DNA of 62,992 nucleotides, filler included, from Stramenopiles sp. TOSAG23-6 (lineage: Eukaryota), in the NCBI GenBank assembly GCA_900128565.1. It is 9 parts of 9 records of this genome, joined end to end, with 100 filler letters (N's around TTAATTAATTAA, not from the genome) between each part and the next. Parts side by side here need not be neighbours in the genome. Positions count along the whole stretch, not along the records: positions 19,632 to 29,319 come from LT636357.1; positions 29,420 to 39,099 come from LT636358.1; 7 more parts are not named here. One strand, 5' to 3'. Position 1 is the first letter of the stretch; each line of letters starts with the position of its first letter. Both the position numbers and the translations under genes were made by a program. Positions 20,117 to 32,400 of this stretch are shown here, in pieces. Under the pieces are notes generated by a model. It had not been told where the DNA came from, did no database searches, and was given only the letters and a program-made list of their open reading frames with translations.

Positions 20117-23100
20117 TTAATGTTGGCTTGACTTTGAAATTTCTCGGAGTCTTCGTCTTGCTCCCGACGGTAGGCGCAAAGCTCCACCTCTACTTTCAAC
20201 AGGAAGCATTGTTAAAGCAAGAACTGCTGGCGGACCCGCTGATGCAACTAAACGGCGCCAGTTTCCATAGGGCATCTCACGTTGCAGCGGTGGAGCATCT
20301 TTACCACGCGCTACTTCAATCTCATCTAGAAGACTAGAGAGAAGTTTTGGAGGGATTCCAAAGTGAGCAGCATCAAAGTGAATAATTTTGGTTTTAGTAT
20401 CATCCCGGATACCATTTTTATTACTTTCAGTCGAATCACTCAAAACATTTGATGCCTCAGCCACCAAAGCAGCAGCGGCAATATTTACAGGTAAGACCCC
20501 AACACTGCGCTTTTTAGAGGTCAACCCAGCGGGGCTTGCACCTGTTACCTCTACAGCAGATAGCAAGAGTGAGAGCCAATCACGACGCTCTGAACGCGGT
20601 GTATAGTGAGAAATATTTTCATTGCATTCAAAAGAAGAATTCATATTTTGTTTGGATGAAACTGGAGGACCAATCAGCCCAAGACGGACAATAACAAGTT
20701 GTATTTTCCCACGAGCTGTATTTTGGAAAAATATTTGAAAAAAAACGTTAGGTACAAAATTTCGTACGAAAAAAATATCGAATTTGAAAAAAAATAAAAC
20801 ATACATGCTGCAGCAGCAAAGAGATGTTCAGCAACCATTTTACTACGGGCGTATCCACTACCTAAAGACATTGCACATGATGATGGAACCAATGAGTCAA
20901 CTGGGTCTCTCCAGTCTGCTACTTTCGCTGCCGCGGCAACTGGAATCACACTCATAGTAGATACAAATACAACAAGTGGTTTTGTATACTTGCTAATGTA
21001 ATTGTTGTTCTTATTTACATTGATTGCTCGCGAGGAACTTGGAGATATGAGGTCAACTAGAGCTGCAACAGAGGCAACATTAGTTGCACGAAGTGAATTA
21101 TAGGGTCGAGCATGATCAACTGATGCACCGCTATGTAAAACAGCGCCAAAGTGCATTGCCTGAATGGTTGAGAAGTCAGATGTTGAAAGACCAAGTTGAG
21201 GTTTTGACAAATCATATTCAAACACAAGCAAACGACCAGACGTTTTTGCTTCATTCGTTGCACAGCTTTTACAAATACGATCAAGTGGGCTACGCGTCAA
21301 AACTACTATGGTTTTCCATGAATTATTCAAAATTGCATCAAGAAGATGAGGACCAAGGAATCCAGTGGCTCCAGTGAGAAGTATACAGGGTGATTTTACT
21401 TCATTATTGCTTACACATACTTTTTCTACTGGAACCTTTTGAAGAGCTTGCCAAGCAACATCGAAAGAAACCTCCTCTTTCCAAAATATGGTAGATTCCG
21501 TCTTGGTAGATTCCGTCTTGGGTATGCACTGCGCATCGATGTTATCAAAGTTTGACTGCTCAATTGCTTGCACAGTATCATTCTTGAAAGAATGGATGTA
21601 AAACTGCGCCTTTCTTCGAAGATCCCAGGGTAAGAGGGCATATATATCCCTCACGGAAATCCTTTCAATAGACATTGAGGTTGAATTTCTTATATATTGT
21701 TGATCCCAAGCAGCTACAAGTAAAGTTGCAGCAATACTGTCACCACCTAATAATGTCCACCATTCTCCAGGATCTAATTCCTTGGAATTTACCAAGGCTT
21801 CAGGTAATAACTTTATTGCCTCTTTATCAGTTTCTGCTACTAAAAACGCTAATATTCTTTCGACTACATCATTACTACCATGATCTATATTGTTACTAAT
21901 GCTTGAGTTCACTGTTGACGTTGTCGTTGTAGTAATGATACCTGGGTGTCGACTTGCAATAACATTTCGCCTGAGCTTTCCATGAGAAGAACAACAGCCA
22001 CTTGTCTCATCCCACGGACCACTGTCAATCGAAACACGATCAGGACACTCCCAACTTCTTAGTCCAGCTTCAGATGCTGCTAATCTCATTTCTCTAATAA
22101 TTTTACGAGCTACATCAGCTGTTGTTTTTACCGGGACCTCGTTTTGTTTTACTGTAGAAATGCTCGTATTTGCAACAATGACAATAGCAATTGGTTTCAC
22201 ATCACCAGGTCTTGCAATTAGCACACAACTTTCGATAGAGGGACAGTGCTCTTCATATACCCATTCCACAGTCTGCGGTGAAAAAAATTCACCATTATCT
22301 AGTTTGACGGTAAAGCTAACACGTTCACAAACTTCTAGAAGTTTTCGTTCTGGTTCATTCTCATTTCCAGGGCGAACAATCCAACGACCAAGGTCTCCAG
22401 TATGGAACCATCCAGCAGCATCCAATACCACTGCATCGGTGCCTCCATTTTGTAAAGGTTTCTTCACTAGAATCTCACCTAAATCATCCCGGTATTTGTG
22501 TTTTAACAACTTGATATGTACACCTTTCAGTGGAACACCATCGCGTGTAATGCCACCAATTTCAGTCATGGCATATCCATTCGAAACAACAGCGTTACCA
22601 CCGCCTTTACCACCTTTTCCAAAACATTTTCGAAGAAAATCTAATAATGGTGGAGGAACAACTGCACCACCAATAGCCACTAGTCGAAGACGAGATCCAC
22701 CAAGACGCCGAATTATTCCAAAAGCAGTTGTTGTAGCTTTTTCAACAGTTTTACTTTCTTTACATAAATTATGTAACTCGATTTCATACCGACGTTGATA
22801 TAGAGAATAGAAGCGCGGTGCTGCTGAGAGTGTGGTTGGTGCAATAGCAAAGATCTGATCAAGAATATCTATTTCTCTACACTTATTATCGCTTTTTCTA
22901 TCACTAGTACCTCTCGGATTTGTTTCACTATTATTAGATATATTACTATTACTATAACACACACCGCGAGTATTACAAAGGCCAAGACGCCCGCCATGTA
23001 GCAACTCACCCCATGACGTTCTACGAGCTAACGCATGAGACAATGGTGCAAATAGTGCAGCACAAGATACTCGAATACTTCGACGAGCAAGAGCAAGTCT

Positions 23101-24027
23101 GCCCCGTCTAGAAATTGGTGGATTTTGCTCTCCCCAAGACGCCCAACGATTAGAATCGAACCATATCGGTTTTGGTTTACCAGTTGAACCAAAGGAAAAA
23201 AGACAAGTAACCAAATCATTACCTGTTGTTTCGACCAAAGTATTGGTTTTAGTAAAATCAGCAATTTTGTTTCTTAAGGGAGACGACAAGGTTACTTTTG
23301 TTTGTTCTTTTACTAGTAAATTACGAGAATACATTGTTGTAAATATGGAAATTCNCGTTTCACTTAAAAGTTCTTGCCATTCANCTTCGCAGGCNGCATC
23401 GACAATAACTGCTCCAATCACACGTCCCACAATTTTGGCAGCTTCCTGAGCTGATAAAAATACACTATTCGNATCTACTGATGAATCTGCAGCAATTGAC
23501 GGAAGTCCAGCCAATGTACAAGCCCAATCTGAAATAAGCCAGCCAACTGAATTTGTTGCACAAATTAGGATAGCAACTCTATCGGGGTTGAAAATGGCAC
23601 AACTTTGATATAATTCAGACGCAAATGTTTGAGTGGCAATGCCACAATCATGGTAATTGAACCAATGTACTGAGCCGTCGTTGCATGGCTCACCTAGTAG
23701 AGGTCGCTCAGCGTATGTTACAAAAGCTCGTCTAACCATTTCCCGAGGATGCACTACTGTCGAAGAATCGATATTATTAGACTCAAACGATTCGCGAAAG
23801 CATCTGGCTCGCAGTACATACGGCGATGCATCATCACGGTACATACATGCACTACACTGCGGACAAGTAATACCACATGAAGTACACAAATGTATGTCGT
23901 CACACTGTGTCCTTTGGCAGCGACGGCGGGGTGATATTGCTAGAATTTCAGCTTTGCACGCGTCGCATGTGCTATCCGCTCCCTGGCACCACATTTTAGG
24001 ATTTCGACTGAAAGCCAGTGGTGCCAT
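20117..24027 (-). CDS. Carboxylic acid reductase-like / NRPS-like enzyme (adenylation, carrier and terminal reductase domains); exons 24027-20805 and 20715-20117
   Basis: YAERPLLG, GSTGKPK, NGYAMTE, WFHTGDLG and KLDNGEF (adenylation); LGGDS (phosphopantetheine site); LLTGATGFLG, LRATNV, GYARSKMVAE and IVRLGLIG (reductase). Confidence 0.85.
20716..20804 (-). mobile_element. Introner-like family intron, GT-AG variant, 89 nt
   Basis: Near-consensus copy ending AAAATACAG; removal joins the two parts of the reductase domain in frame. Confidence 0.9.
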
Positions 24028-24426
24028 ACTTTAAATAACTTCCTTATAGTTTAAGATAAGAAGTATAATTATAGCGAATGCTGAATATTTAGCTCACTAC
24101 TACTACTAGAAAAATAAAGGCTACTAAAAGCCAGAAAGTACAAAGCGTGGTGTTGTGATGTCTAGTCGAACCAATTATTGACCGGAGCCGACTATTTTCA
24201 TTGTTTTTTTTCTGGATTTCGTGTGCATCTTGGAGCGATATTGTACTACATACTATTTAATTGAATTATAACATTTAAACATTGTGTTTCGATAATATGG
24301 TAGTCACAAGTATAATGCTTGTGATGATATAGAGTGTATGAAGTTACAGTGATTTGATTTTCATATTTTTACATTTTGAAAGTTCGTTTATAAATAATCA
24401 AGTGTTATGAAAAATAAATAAGAACG

Positions 24427-24654
24427 TATTCTCACACACAACCACTCTTTGTTATATATATACTTCATTTTATTCTCACACATAACCACTCTTTGTTATA
24501 TATATATTTCATTTTATATACTCACACACAACCACTCTTTGTTATATATATACTTCATTTTATATTCTCACACACAACCACTCTTTGTTATATATATTTC
24601 ATTTTATTCTCACACACAACCACTCTTTGTTATATATATACTTCATTTTATATA
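24427..24654 (+). repeat. Tandem repeat, about five units of 42-47 nt
   Basis: TATTCTCACACACAACCACTCTTTGTTATATATATACTTCATTT units with no spacers. Confidence 0.9.
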
Positions 24655-27011
24655 CGAACTCCGTTGGCTTCAATAATAGCATTTTCTCCAGCATTCAAAN
24701 CATTTGCTGGTGTTGGAGCAGGTGTTTGTTTCTGTTCATCTGCAGCAAGTTGGTTAAAGGCTCCTGCAAGATTGACATTCTCTCCATATGTGAAAGGAAC
24801 TGGATCATGGTTGTCGCCACTTGCATCTGTGTCACTCTCACTTGCATCTGTCTCACTCTCACTTGCATCTGTCTGACTCTCACTTGCATCTGTGTCACTC
24901 TCACTTGCATCTGTGTCACTTTCATCTGCGACTTCTTCTTCCAATTTTCTTCGATCATCCCAGTTTGCATTAGTAAAATACGATTCAGCCTCTGCAGAAA
25001 AATTGATACTCGGTGATTCACCATTAGAAATGGCATTAGCATTCGCATCAACAAAAGTGTTCTCATTAACATCAGTCGCATCAGTGGCATCACCATCAAT
25101 GGATTCCGCAAAGCCACTATTATCCATGGACTCAGATTCTGCAAAACTATTATCATCAGCATTTCCTTCATCAAGTGCAATGTCACCAGCATTTTCTCCA
25201 TCAAATGTAGTGTCATTCGCATTTTCTTCACCAAGTGTATCATCATTAATGTTTGTTTCAGCAGGATTGCCCATGATATCAAAACCATCAGCCCCACTGA
25301 AGGATTCACCACCAAAATCATCAAAATCATCAAAATCATCATCAGCAAAGTCATCAAGATCATCATTCAAGAAGTAATCATCAACTGTATCATCGATATT
25401 ATTTTCTATATCAATGGAATCCAAAGTATCATTACTGGACTGTAAAGCATTTTTCATATCTTGAAGCACGTCGGCTTCCAAAGAATCTACTANAGATGTA
25501 CCAGGGGCTGAAGTAGTATTCTGGCTATTACTTTCGGGGGTTGCTTCCAATCTCCTTTCTTCGCCGTTTTCNAATGCACTATTGATTGCAGTATTAGCCT
25601 TGTCAACATTTGCTTGTGTGCATATACACNTTATTTCATCGTTATCCTCGAAGACCTGACCTTCATAAGAACATCCATATAGGAGCTCTCCAACACAGTC
25701 ATAATTTCCAGATTCTTCACCAGAATAGTCATCAGATTCATCATCAGATTCACTTTTGCCACCATCTCCAGATTCTTCACCAGAATAGTCATTTATGAGA
25801 TCATCATACATGTCTAATCTTCTTTTGCCATTGTTACCACCATCATCAGCACCACCGGTACCATCATCACTACCACCACCATCGCCAACACCAGNGGCAG
25901 CACCACCACTATCACCAGTATCACTACCACCAGTATCACTACCACCAGTATCACTACCACCTGTATCACCACCGGTACCATCCTCATTGTTACCATCATC
26001 ACCTGCAGCATCACCACCACCACCATAAATGCCACTATTGGCACGCTCAACTTCTTCCTCGGTGCATCCTTCGCTACAAGGAATCCCATTAGCATCTTTA
26101 AGGACTTGATCTTTAATCAAACAAGTATCTACAAGACTTTCTCTGTTTTGGCATTCTAAAGAAACACCATCATCATTGTTACCACCATCATCAATTGCAT
26201 CATCACCATAATTATCACCATCATCAATTACATCATCACCTGCATCATCACCTGAATCATCACCTGCATCACCATAATTATCACCATCATCACCATAATT
26301 ATCACCATCATCACCATAATTATCACCATCATCAATTGCATCATCATCTGCATCATCAACTGCATCACCATCGTAATCATCACCATCATAATCATCACTA
26401 TCATAAACACCACCATCATCACTTACATCATCACCATCATCATCAACTGCATCACCATCGTAATCAGCACCTAAATCATCACTTGAATCATCACAATCAT
26501 CACCACCATCATCATCAATCGCATCAATCATTCTTTCAATTTTTTGAGCGTTGTCTATAAGAGCTTGTGTACATTTGCACAACTCATTACCCTCGACATC
26601 TGTGAGTGGTTGACCTACAGATTCACATGTGATACACTTGGCGAATTCCACGTTTTCCTTGGAGCATACACACACATTGCCACAGGTATCTTCGACTTCC
26701 AGATCAACAGAGTCACAGCTATATAGGACGATTCCTATAGCGCAATCACTCTCAGAAGGCTCAGAAGTATAGTTATTACCGTTGTTATCAGCATCTTCAC
26801 CCTCACTAACTTCAATAACAGGAGTACTTTGATCGTTTTCCGTTTTATCCTCAAGTACCCTCAATTTTCTTAAAACGTTTGTGCTTCCTGTGCTTCTTAT
26901 TCTTGATTGAGTTTCATATGCGATGATAGTGAAAGCAAATAATGTTACAATCAAAACCCCTTTCGCAAATGGTTTATGTTGAGCATAAGATTTTTGCTTC
27001 GCTTTTGTCAT
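24648..27011 (-). CDS. Very acidic D/G/S-rich membrane-anchored or secreted protein with Cys modules and RXL motifs, 787 aa
   Basis: N-terminal hydrophobic segment; GDDGDNY, GGSDT and ASESDTD repeats. Confidence 0.8.
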   Translation of the reverse strand: MTKAKQKSYAQHKPFAKGVLIVTLFAFTIIAYETQSRIRSTGSTNVLRKLRVLEDKTENDQSTPVIEVSEGEDADNNGNNYTSEPSESDCAIGIVLYSCDSVDLEVEDTCGNVCVCSKENVEFAKCITCESVGQPLTDVEGNELCKCTQALIDNAQKIERMIDAIDDDGGDDCDDSSDDLGADYDGDAVDDDGDDVSDDGGVYDSDDYDGDDYDGDAVDDADDDAIDDGDNYGDDGDNYGDDGDNYGDAGDDSGDDAGDDVIDDGDNYGDDAIDDGGNNDDGVSLECQNRESLVDTCLIKDQVLKDANGIPCSEGCTEEEVERANSGIYGGGGDAAGDDGNNEDGTGGDTGGSDTGGSDTGGSDTGDSGGAAXGVGDGGGSDDGTGGADDGGNNGKRRLDMYDDLINDYSGEESGDGGKSESDDESDDYSGEESGNYDCVGELLYGCSYEGQVFEDNDEIXCICTQANVDKANTAINSAXENGEERRLEATPESNSQNTTSAPGTSXVDSLEADVLQDMKNALQSSNDTLDSIDIENNIDDTVDDYFLNDDLDDFADDDFDDFDDFGGESFSGADGFDIMGNPAETNINDDTLGEENANDTTFDGENAGDIALDEGNADDNSFAESESMDNSGFAESIDGDATDATDVNENTFVDANANAISNGESPSINFSAEAESYFTNANWDDRRKLEEEVADESDTDASESDTDASESQTDASESETDASESDTDASGDNHDPVPFTYGENVNLAGAFNQLAADEQKQTPAPTPANXLNAGENAIIEANGVRI

Positions 27012-27311
27012 TGTCTTTTTCTTTGTCTCGTAAAGGTTCGCTTTCCTTAGAGTACTAAGTTGTCTACAGAACGCCGACCGTTAAAATAACACAAAAACAA
27101 GGAAACAAGAACAGAATGTAACGTCAATTTTTTGCGCATTTGTTACCCGGTACTTTATATTTTAAAATGAAAAAATTGACAGCTATTTTGAGCCACACAC
27201 GAATCTATCATCAACACTGTTAACTTTGACTACGTAATCCAGTAAGTAGGTACAAGTGTCAAGTGCTCAGCATACAATAATTCTTCTTTTTCTCTATAAA
27301 GGTGGTCTACA

Positions 27312-29319
27312 ATGACGGACTACATGGCAGAACTGATTACAGAGACAGGGTTGGCTGTGCCTGCACCGAATACTATGCGAGGGCATCGTACTCCTATTTC
27401 TGTAAACGCTAAAGATGGGGACACGTTTGCATACGGCGCAAAAAAGATGACAGTCATCCGTAGTTTACGTACGCCGTCTACTTCTTTGGTTGACACGAAT
27501 CATCAAGAAACAGTCCGTGTTGCTCGATTTGATAAAAGTGGTTCTTGGGTAGCAAGTGCAGACGTAACAGGAGTACTCCGCGTGTGGGCTTGGAAACGGG
27601 AGGATCATTTATTGAAAAAGGAAAGTCGACCAATTGCAGGAGAGGTTACAGATTTGGCTTGGGATTCCGACTCAAAGCGCATCGCTGTAGTTGGAAAAGC
27701 CCGGGGATGCAAAGGCAAAGTTGTTGGATGGGACACAGGATCGGCGATGGGTGAGCTTACGCAACACACTAAAAATATCAATTGTTGTTCTTTCCGTCAA
27801 TCTCGTCCGTTTCGTGTGTGTACTGGAGGAGAAGATAGAAATGTCATTTTGCATCAAGGACCTCCGTTCAAAGTGCTTTTGCGTAATAAGGCCGGACATA
27901 AAAATTATGTAAATGCTATGGCATACAGTCCTGATGATTCTGTATTTGCTACGGGATCATCAGATACTCGTATTCGCATATGGGACGGGAAAACTGGAGA
28001 AAAACTAAAGCAAATGGCCTGTACGTTTTTCAACCAAATGTCTACTTTTTTTTGTTACGAAATTTCATACCTAACATTTTTTTTTTCCCTTTTCAAATGA
28101 ATGACTAGAATGTATCGTTCAATTTGAAGTTTATTTTTATACCACATTCTCTGTATCTAAACATATTTTCGAATTGTGCATATTTCTTTACTGTACACGG
28201 AAAGGTGAAAATCCTGGACACGTAGGTTCCGTGATGGATTTGTGCTGGTCAGAGGATGGAAAAACAGTAATTTCCTGTGGTAGTGACAAAAAACTTTGCT
28301 GGTATGATCTTGAAACACGAGCGTGTTTGAATGAGTGTATTGTCCGTGATAAAGTTACCGTGACTTCGTTTCCAGATCTAAAACCGCAAGTCCATCATCA
28401 GCTGGTTAGTGTTTCTCGGTGCGTTTTCATTTCAATTTCGAATTTGGTTTTTTTTTCGTACGAAATTTTGTACCTAACGATTTTTTTTGAAATATTTTTT
28501 CATAATCCATGTGCGGCGATAAATTATTAGTAGGCTCTCTTGCTGGAGATATCAATGTCATTGAAGCTACAGATGGCACATTTGTCGACACTATATATAG
28601 TCATACATCTATGGTATCTAAAAATAGTCTTGTACTCGCATCCGATGGGAAAACAGTTTATTCAGGAGATCTTGGTGGTATGATTTTCTGTTGGGATGTT
28701 ACTGCTGATTACCTTCAGCTTTCACGATTACCTGGTTATGCTGTGCCTGACGATAACCGAATGGCACATGATGGTTGTGTGCAAGGTATCGCAGCTCTTA
28801 CTAACAATTGTCTTTTGTCTGTTGGTAATGATGACACGTGTCGTGTTTGGATGAATGGAGTCTCAGCAGGTGTTGGGGATAAACTTGGAGGCCAACCACG
28901 TTCTATGGTGTCTGTTGGTCCTTCTGATAAGGCTACTATGGCCATTATTGTGACTTCGAAAAATAAAGTTCTTACGGTCAATGGGTCAGGGAAAATTATT
29001 TCATCATTCGATTTACCTTATTCTGCTAGTAATGCTCTTGCTGTGTCTGTAACTGGAACTGAAATTGCTATTGGTTCATCTCAAAGAGGTAGAGGTGTAA
29101 TGCATAGATATGAACTTGTTGATGGCGTAATTGGCAATGAGCTTCAAAAAGTCTGTGGTAATGCAGAATATTATGAGAATGCTGAAGACGCAGAGTATTC
29201 TCCGGATGGCACGATGTTGGCTGTTGGCTGGGGAAAAGGAGAAGTTTCGCTATATGAAAGTGTATGTTTTATTTTTTTTCAAATTCGAATTTTTTTTTCG
29301 TACGAAATTTTGTACCTAA
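27312..29319 (+). CDS. WDR1: Actin-interacting protein 1 / WD repeat protein 1, 3'-truncated; exons 27312-28020, 28199-28418 and 28511-29261
   Basis: WD40 repeats with RPFRVCTGGED, GPPFK and WDTGSAMGE. Confidence 0.85.
28021..28198 (+). mobile_element. Compound family intron (two back-to-back degenerate copies), GT-AC overall
   Basis: Two core-like motifs (TACGAAATTTCATACCTAAC and TACCACATTCTCTGTATCTAAAC); removal restores the frame. Confidence 0.65.
28419..28510 (+). mobile_element. Introner-like family intron, GT-AT, 92 nt
   Basis: CG|GTGCGTTTTC...ATAATCCAT|G, in frame. Confidence 0.85.
29262..29319 (+). mobile_element. Introner-like family copy truncated by contig end
   Basis: Consensus 5' half and core. 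Confidence 0.85.
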
Positions 29320-29419
29320 NNNNNNNNNNNNNNNNNNNNNNNNNNNNNNNNNNNNNNNNNNNNTTAATTAATTAANNNNNNNNNNNNNNNNNNNNNNNNN
29401 NNNNNNNNNNNNNNNNNNN

Positions 29420-29473
29420 TACGAAATTTTGTACCTAACGAATTTTTTTTTGAAATATTTTTCCAAAATACAC
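29420..29473 (+). mobile_element. 3' half of a family copy, ending in AC
   Basis: Core followed by GAAATATTTTTCCAAAATACAC. Confidence 0.75.
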
Positions 29474-32400
29474 GAATCAAAATTTTTCATGGACAGGCCA
29501 AAAATTATTACAAATGCATGAAATCGATATGACGCATATTTTGCCAAGTAAAAAACATATTACAGGTTCTGTTTCTATGTACGTTTCCATGATAAATTTC
29601 AAATATGTTTTTTTCGTACGAAATTCCGTACCTAACAATTTTTTTCTAAAATATTTTTTCACAATACATACATGTACAATCAGTATTACCTAAAATACGG
29701 GATTACGTTGCTTCTTCCATTACATTTCAATGTGAAGGTATTGGTCTTAGTATGATTGATAGTAAACCTCGTGAAGTTTTATATTTCAGTATTGATGGTT
29801 TAAAATGTGAACATAAGCAGTTTCGTTCTGGTCGATCTAATTTTAAATTTAGTATTCGTCGTGTTCAGATTGATAATTCTCTACAAAGCGCAGTATATCC
29901 TACAGTATTAGCTTGGAAATATGACAGAAAAACCGAAAATGTACAAAAAAACAAAACAATCAAAGATAAGAAGAAAACACAACAAAAAACTGCTGGTTTT
30001 CGAAAGCACACGCCTCTACCCGAGGATGATATTATTAACATTACTATTGACATGGACACACCTGCTCCAGGTTATACACATTTTTATTTGTTAGATTTTT
30101 GTTTTCATCCGATGACTCTTCACGTGGATTTGGAATTTATACTTGCCTTACTTGGTTTGATTCAGAATGTCATGACAGATACATCAGATGATACTAAAGT
30201 TAATAAGTCATTAACCTTGGACAATCAGCATAAACTATTAGCAATCGCGTTGTTTACACCACTCGTTGACACGAATCATTGTATCAAATCTACTATAGTT
30301 GATGGAGGTATTTATGTAGATAAATTAGAAATCGGCGATATTGAGTTGGACATTACTGTAAAAGTTGGCGACGGTGACGCTTTAAGTCATCAGTTGAATG
30401 TGATGAATATTGACGGAGTAACAAGAACGTTTGTAAATGTATTGGCGTCTATGGTAGCAAATATAGATAACGCACCACTTCGTCTTAAGTCGTATTCTGA
30501 CAAAGACAACGCAACAACAATAGGTACTCTCAGCAATAGTTTGATTAGTTTTTATACTGCAAGTATTTTAAGACAATCTTTTGCTCTTCTTGGGTCAATT
30601 AGCTTTCTTGGAGACCCTGGTGGTTTAGTGAGAAATGTAGGAACTGGAGTCAGTGATTTTTTTATGATACCCGCTGAGGCTTTACAAAGTGGCAATTTGA
30701 AAAATGCTGCTCAGGCAATGGCATTAGGAACATCATCTTTGCTAAGTCACACAGCATATGGTGTGACCCACTCACTTGCTTCTGTTGCGAAAACAGCAAA
30801 TATGGGTTTGACAAAGCTTGCACTTGATGATAAATATAGTCAATCAAGAGCCGAAGAAAATCGTGAAAATCAAAAAAATAACCTCACATTTCTTACCACT
30901 GATACAACTGTAACGAAAGGAGCAAGTATGTTTTTATCATCAATTTTAAATTTATTTTGTTTCCATTGAAAATTCCATATGTAACGAATTTCTGTTCTAA
31001 AAATATGTTTTCACAGTACATCCACTCGTAAAGATCTTGATGCGGCAGTGCAAGGATTTGGTAGAGGTTTCTTACAAGGTGTTACAGGATTATTTACAAA
31101 ACCAGTTGATGGTATAAAAAAGGAAGGTGTATTAGGAGGTGTAAAAGGAATAGGAAAAGGCGTACTAGGATTAATTGTAAAACCCACAGCTGGTTTACTT
31201 GATTTATTGAGTGGGACTCTGGATGGTGTAAGTCATTTTGCAAAACAAGAATACCATGTCACCCGTGTCAGATTGCCACGCGTTATAGATTCTCAAGGCA
31301 CAGTAACATTATATAGTGAAAGAGAAGCCATTGGTTGTACTGTCATGACGATGAAGCAAAAATTGTCTACAAAGGAAGTTTACATATACCATTCTCTTGA
31401 ATCTATATTGATGAGCGAAGGTAGCGTTAAGCGACTGGCTTTAGTCACAAATATGTTTGTTTATTTGTATGAAATAGCTACAAAGTCTGCAGGAGAATTA
31501 GAGGAAATTTGGAAATTAAAAATACATGGTATTAATGAGATATCTATCTTTGGAAAACAAAAAATAATTCTGAATGAATCAGAAAGTGCAACACAAACAA
31601 AAGGAGTGGTGAAGTCATATACAATTGAGTATAATACTAAAGAATCTAAAAATGATGAGAATAATCTTATTTTGATGATTGATGTTTTGACTGCTTTAAC
31701 TGGAGTTGAAGTTACCGACACAGCAACATCAAGTGTCACAGGAACATCAAGTGACAAAGTGGACAATTCTTCGGAGATAGAATTAAATTCAGAAAATAGA
31801 GGCATCCAAACTGATTCTATACAATGGTTGAGTATTGTCCAGGCTGAAAAACAAAAATTGAGAAATATTGAAAGGATGAAACAATTTGAATACAGTAGAA
31901 AAATTGTAAAGGATTCTGTGCACAAATCTATTTTGAAACAATTTTTGCACCAACCTGAAACAAATGATAATGGGAATACGTGGAATATGATTTCACCGTG
32001 TAAGTTTTCAAAATTGTTCTTTTTTACCATTTTTGAATTTTGTTTTTCAAGAAATTTTGTACCTTACAAAAAATAAAACTTAAAATATATTTTCACAATA
32101 CATCAAAACGAAGAAATTCTAGAAATTCTAAACGAAGAAATTCTAGACATTCTAAACGAAGAAATTCTAGACATTCTAAACGATTGTCAGATACGTCATC
32201 TATTAACTCTATAACATCACCGATGTTCTCTATTTTGAATGAAAAACCAGATGTCATTATTGACAACGCTTTCCGGCAAATGAAGTCTACAAAGCTACAC
32301 GTAGAAGCTTCAAAGGAAGGAAGAGGTTTATTTCTATCTTTGATTGACCTCAGAGTGTTACGAGCTGAACGAAAACACGATAGTTCTAAAAAAGGATTGA

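Noticed and set aside
24427-24654. CRISPR array
   Set aside because: The units are directly tandem with no unique spacers.
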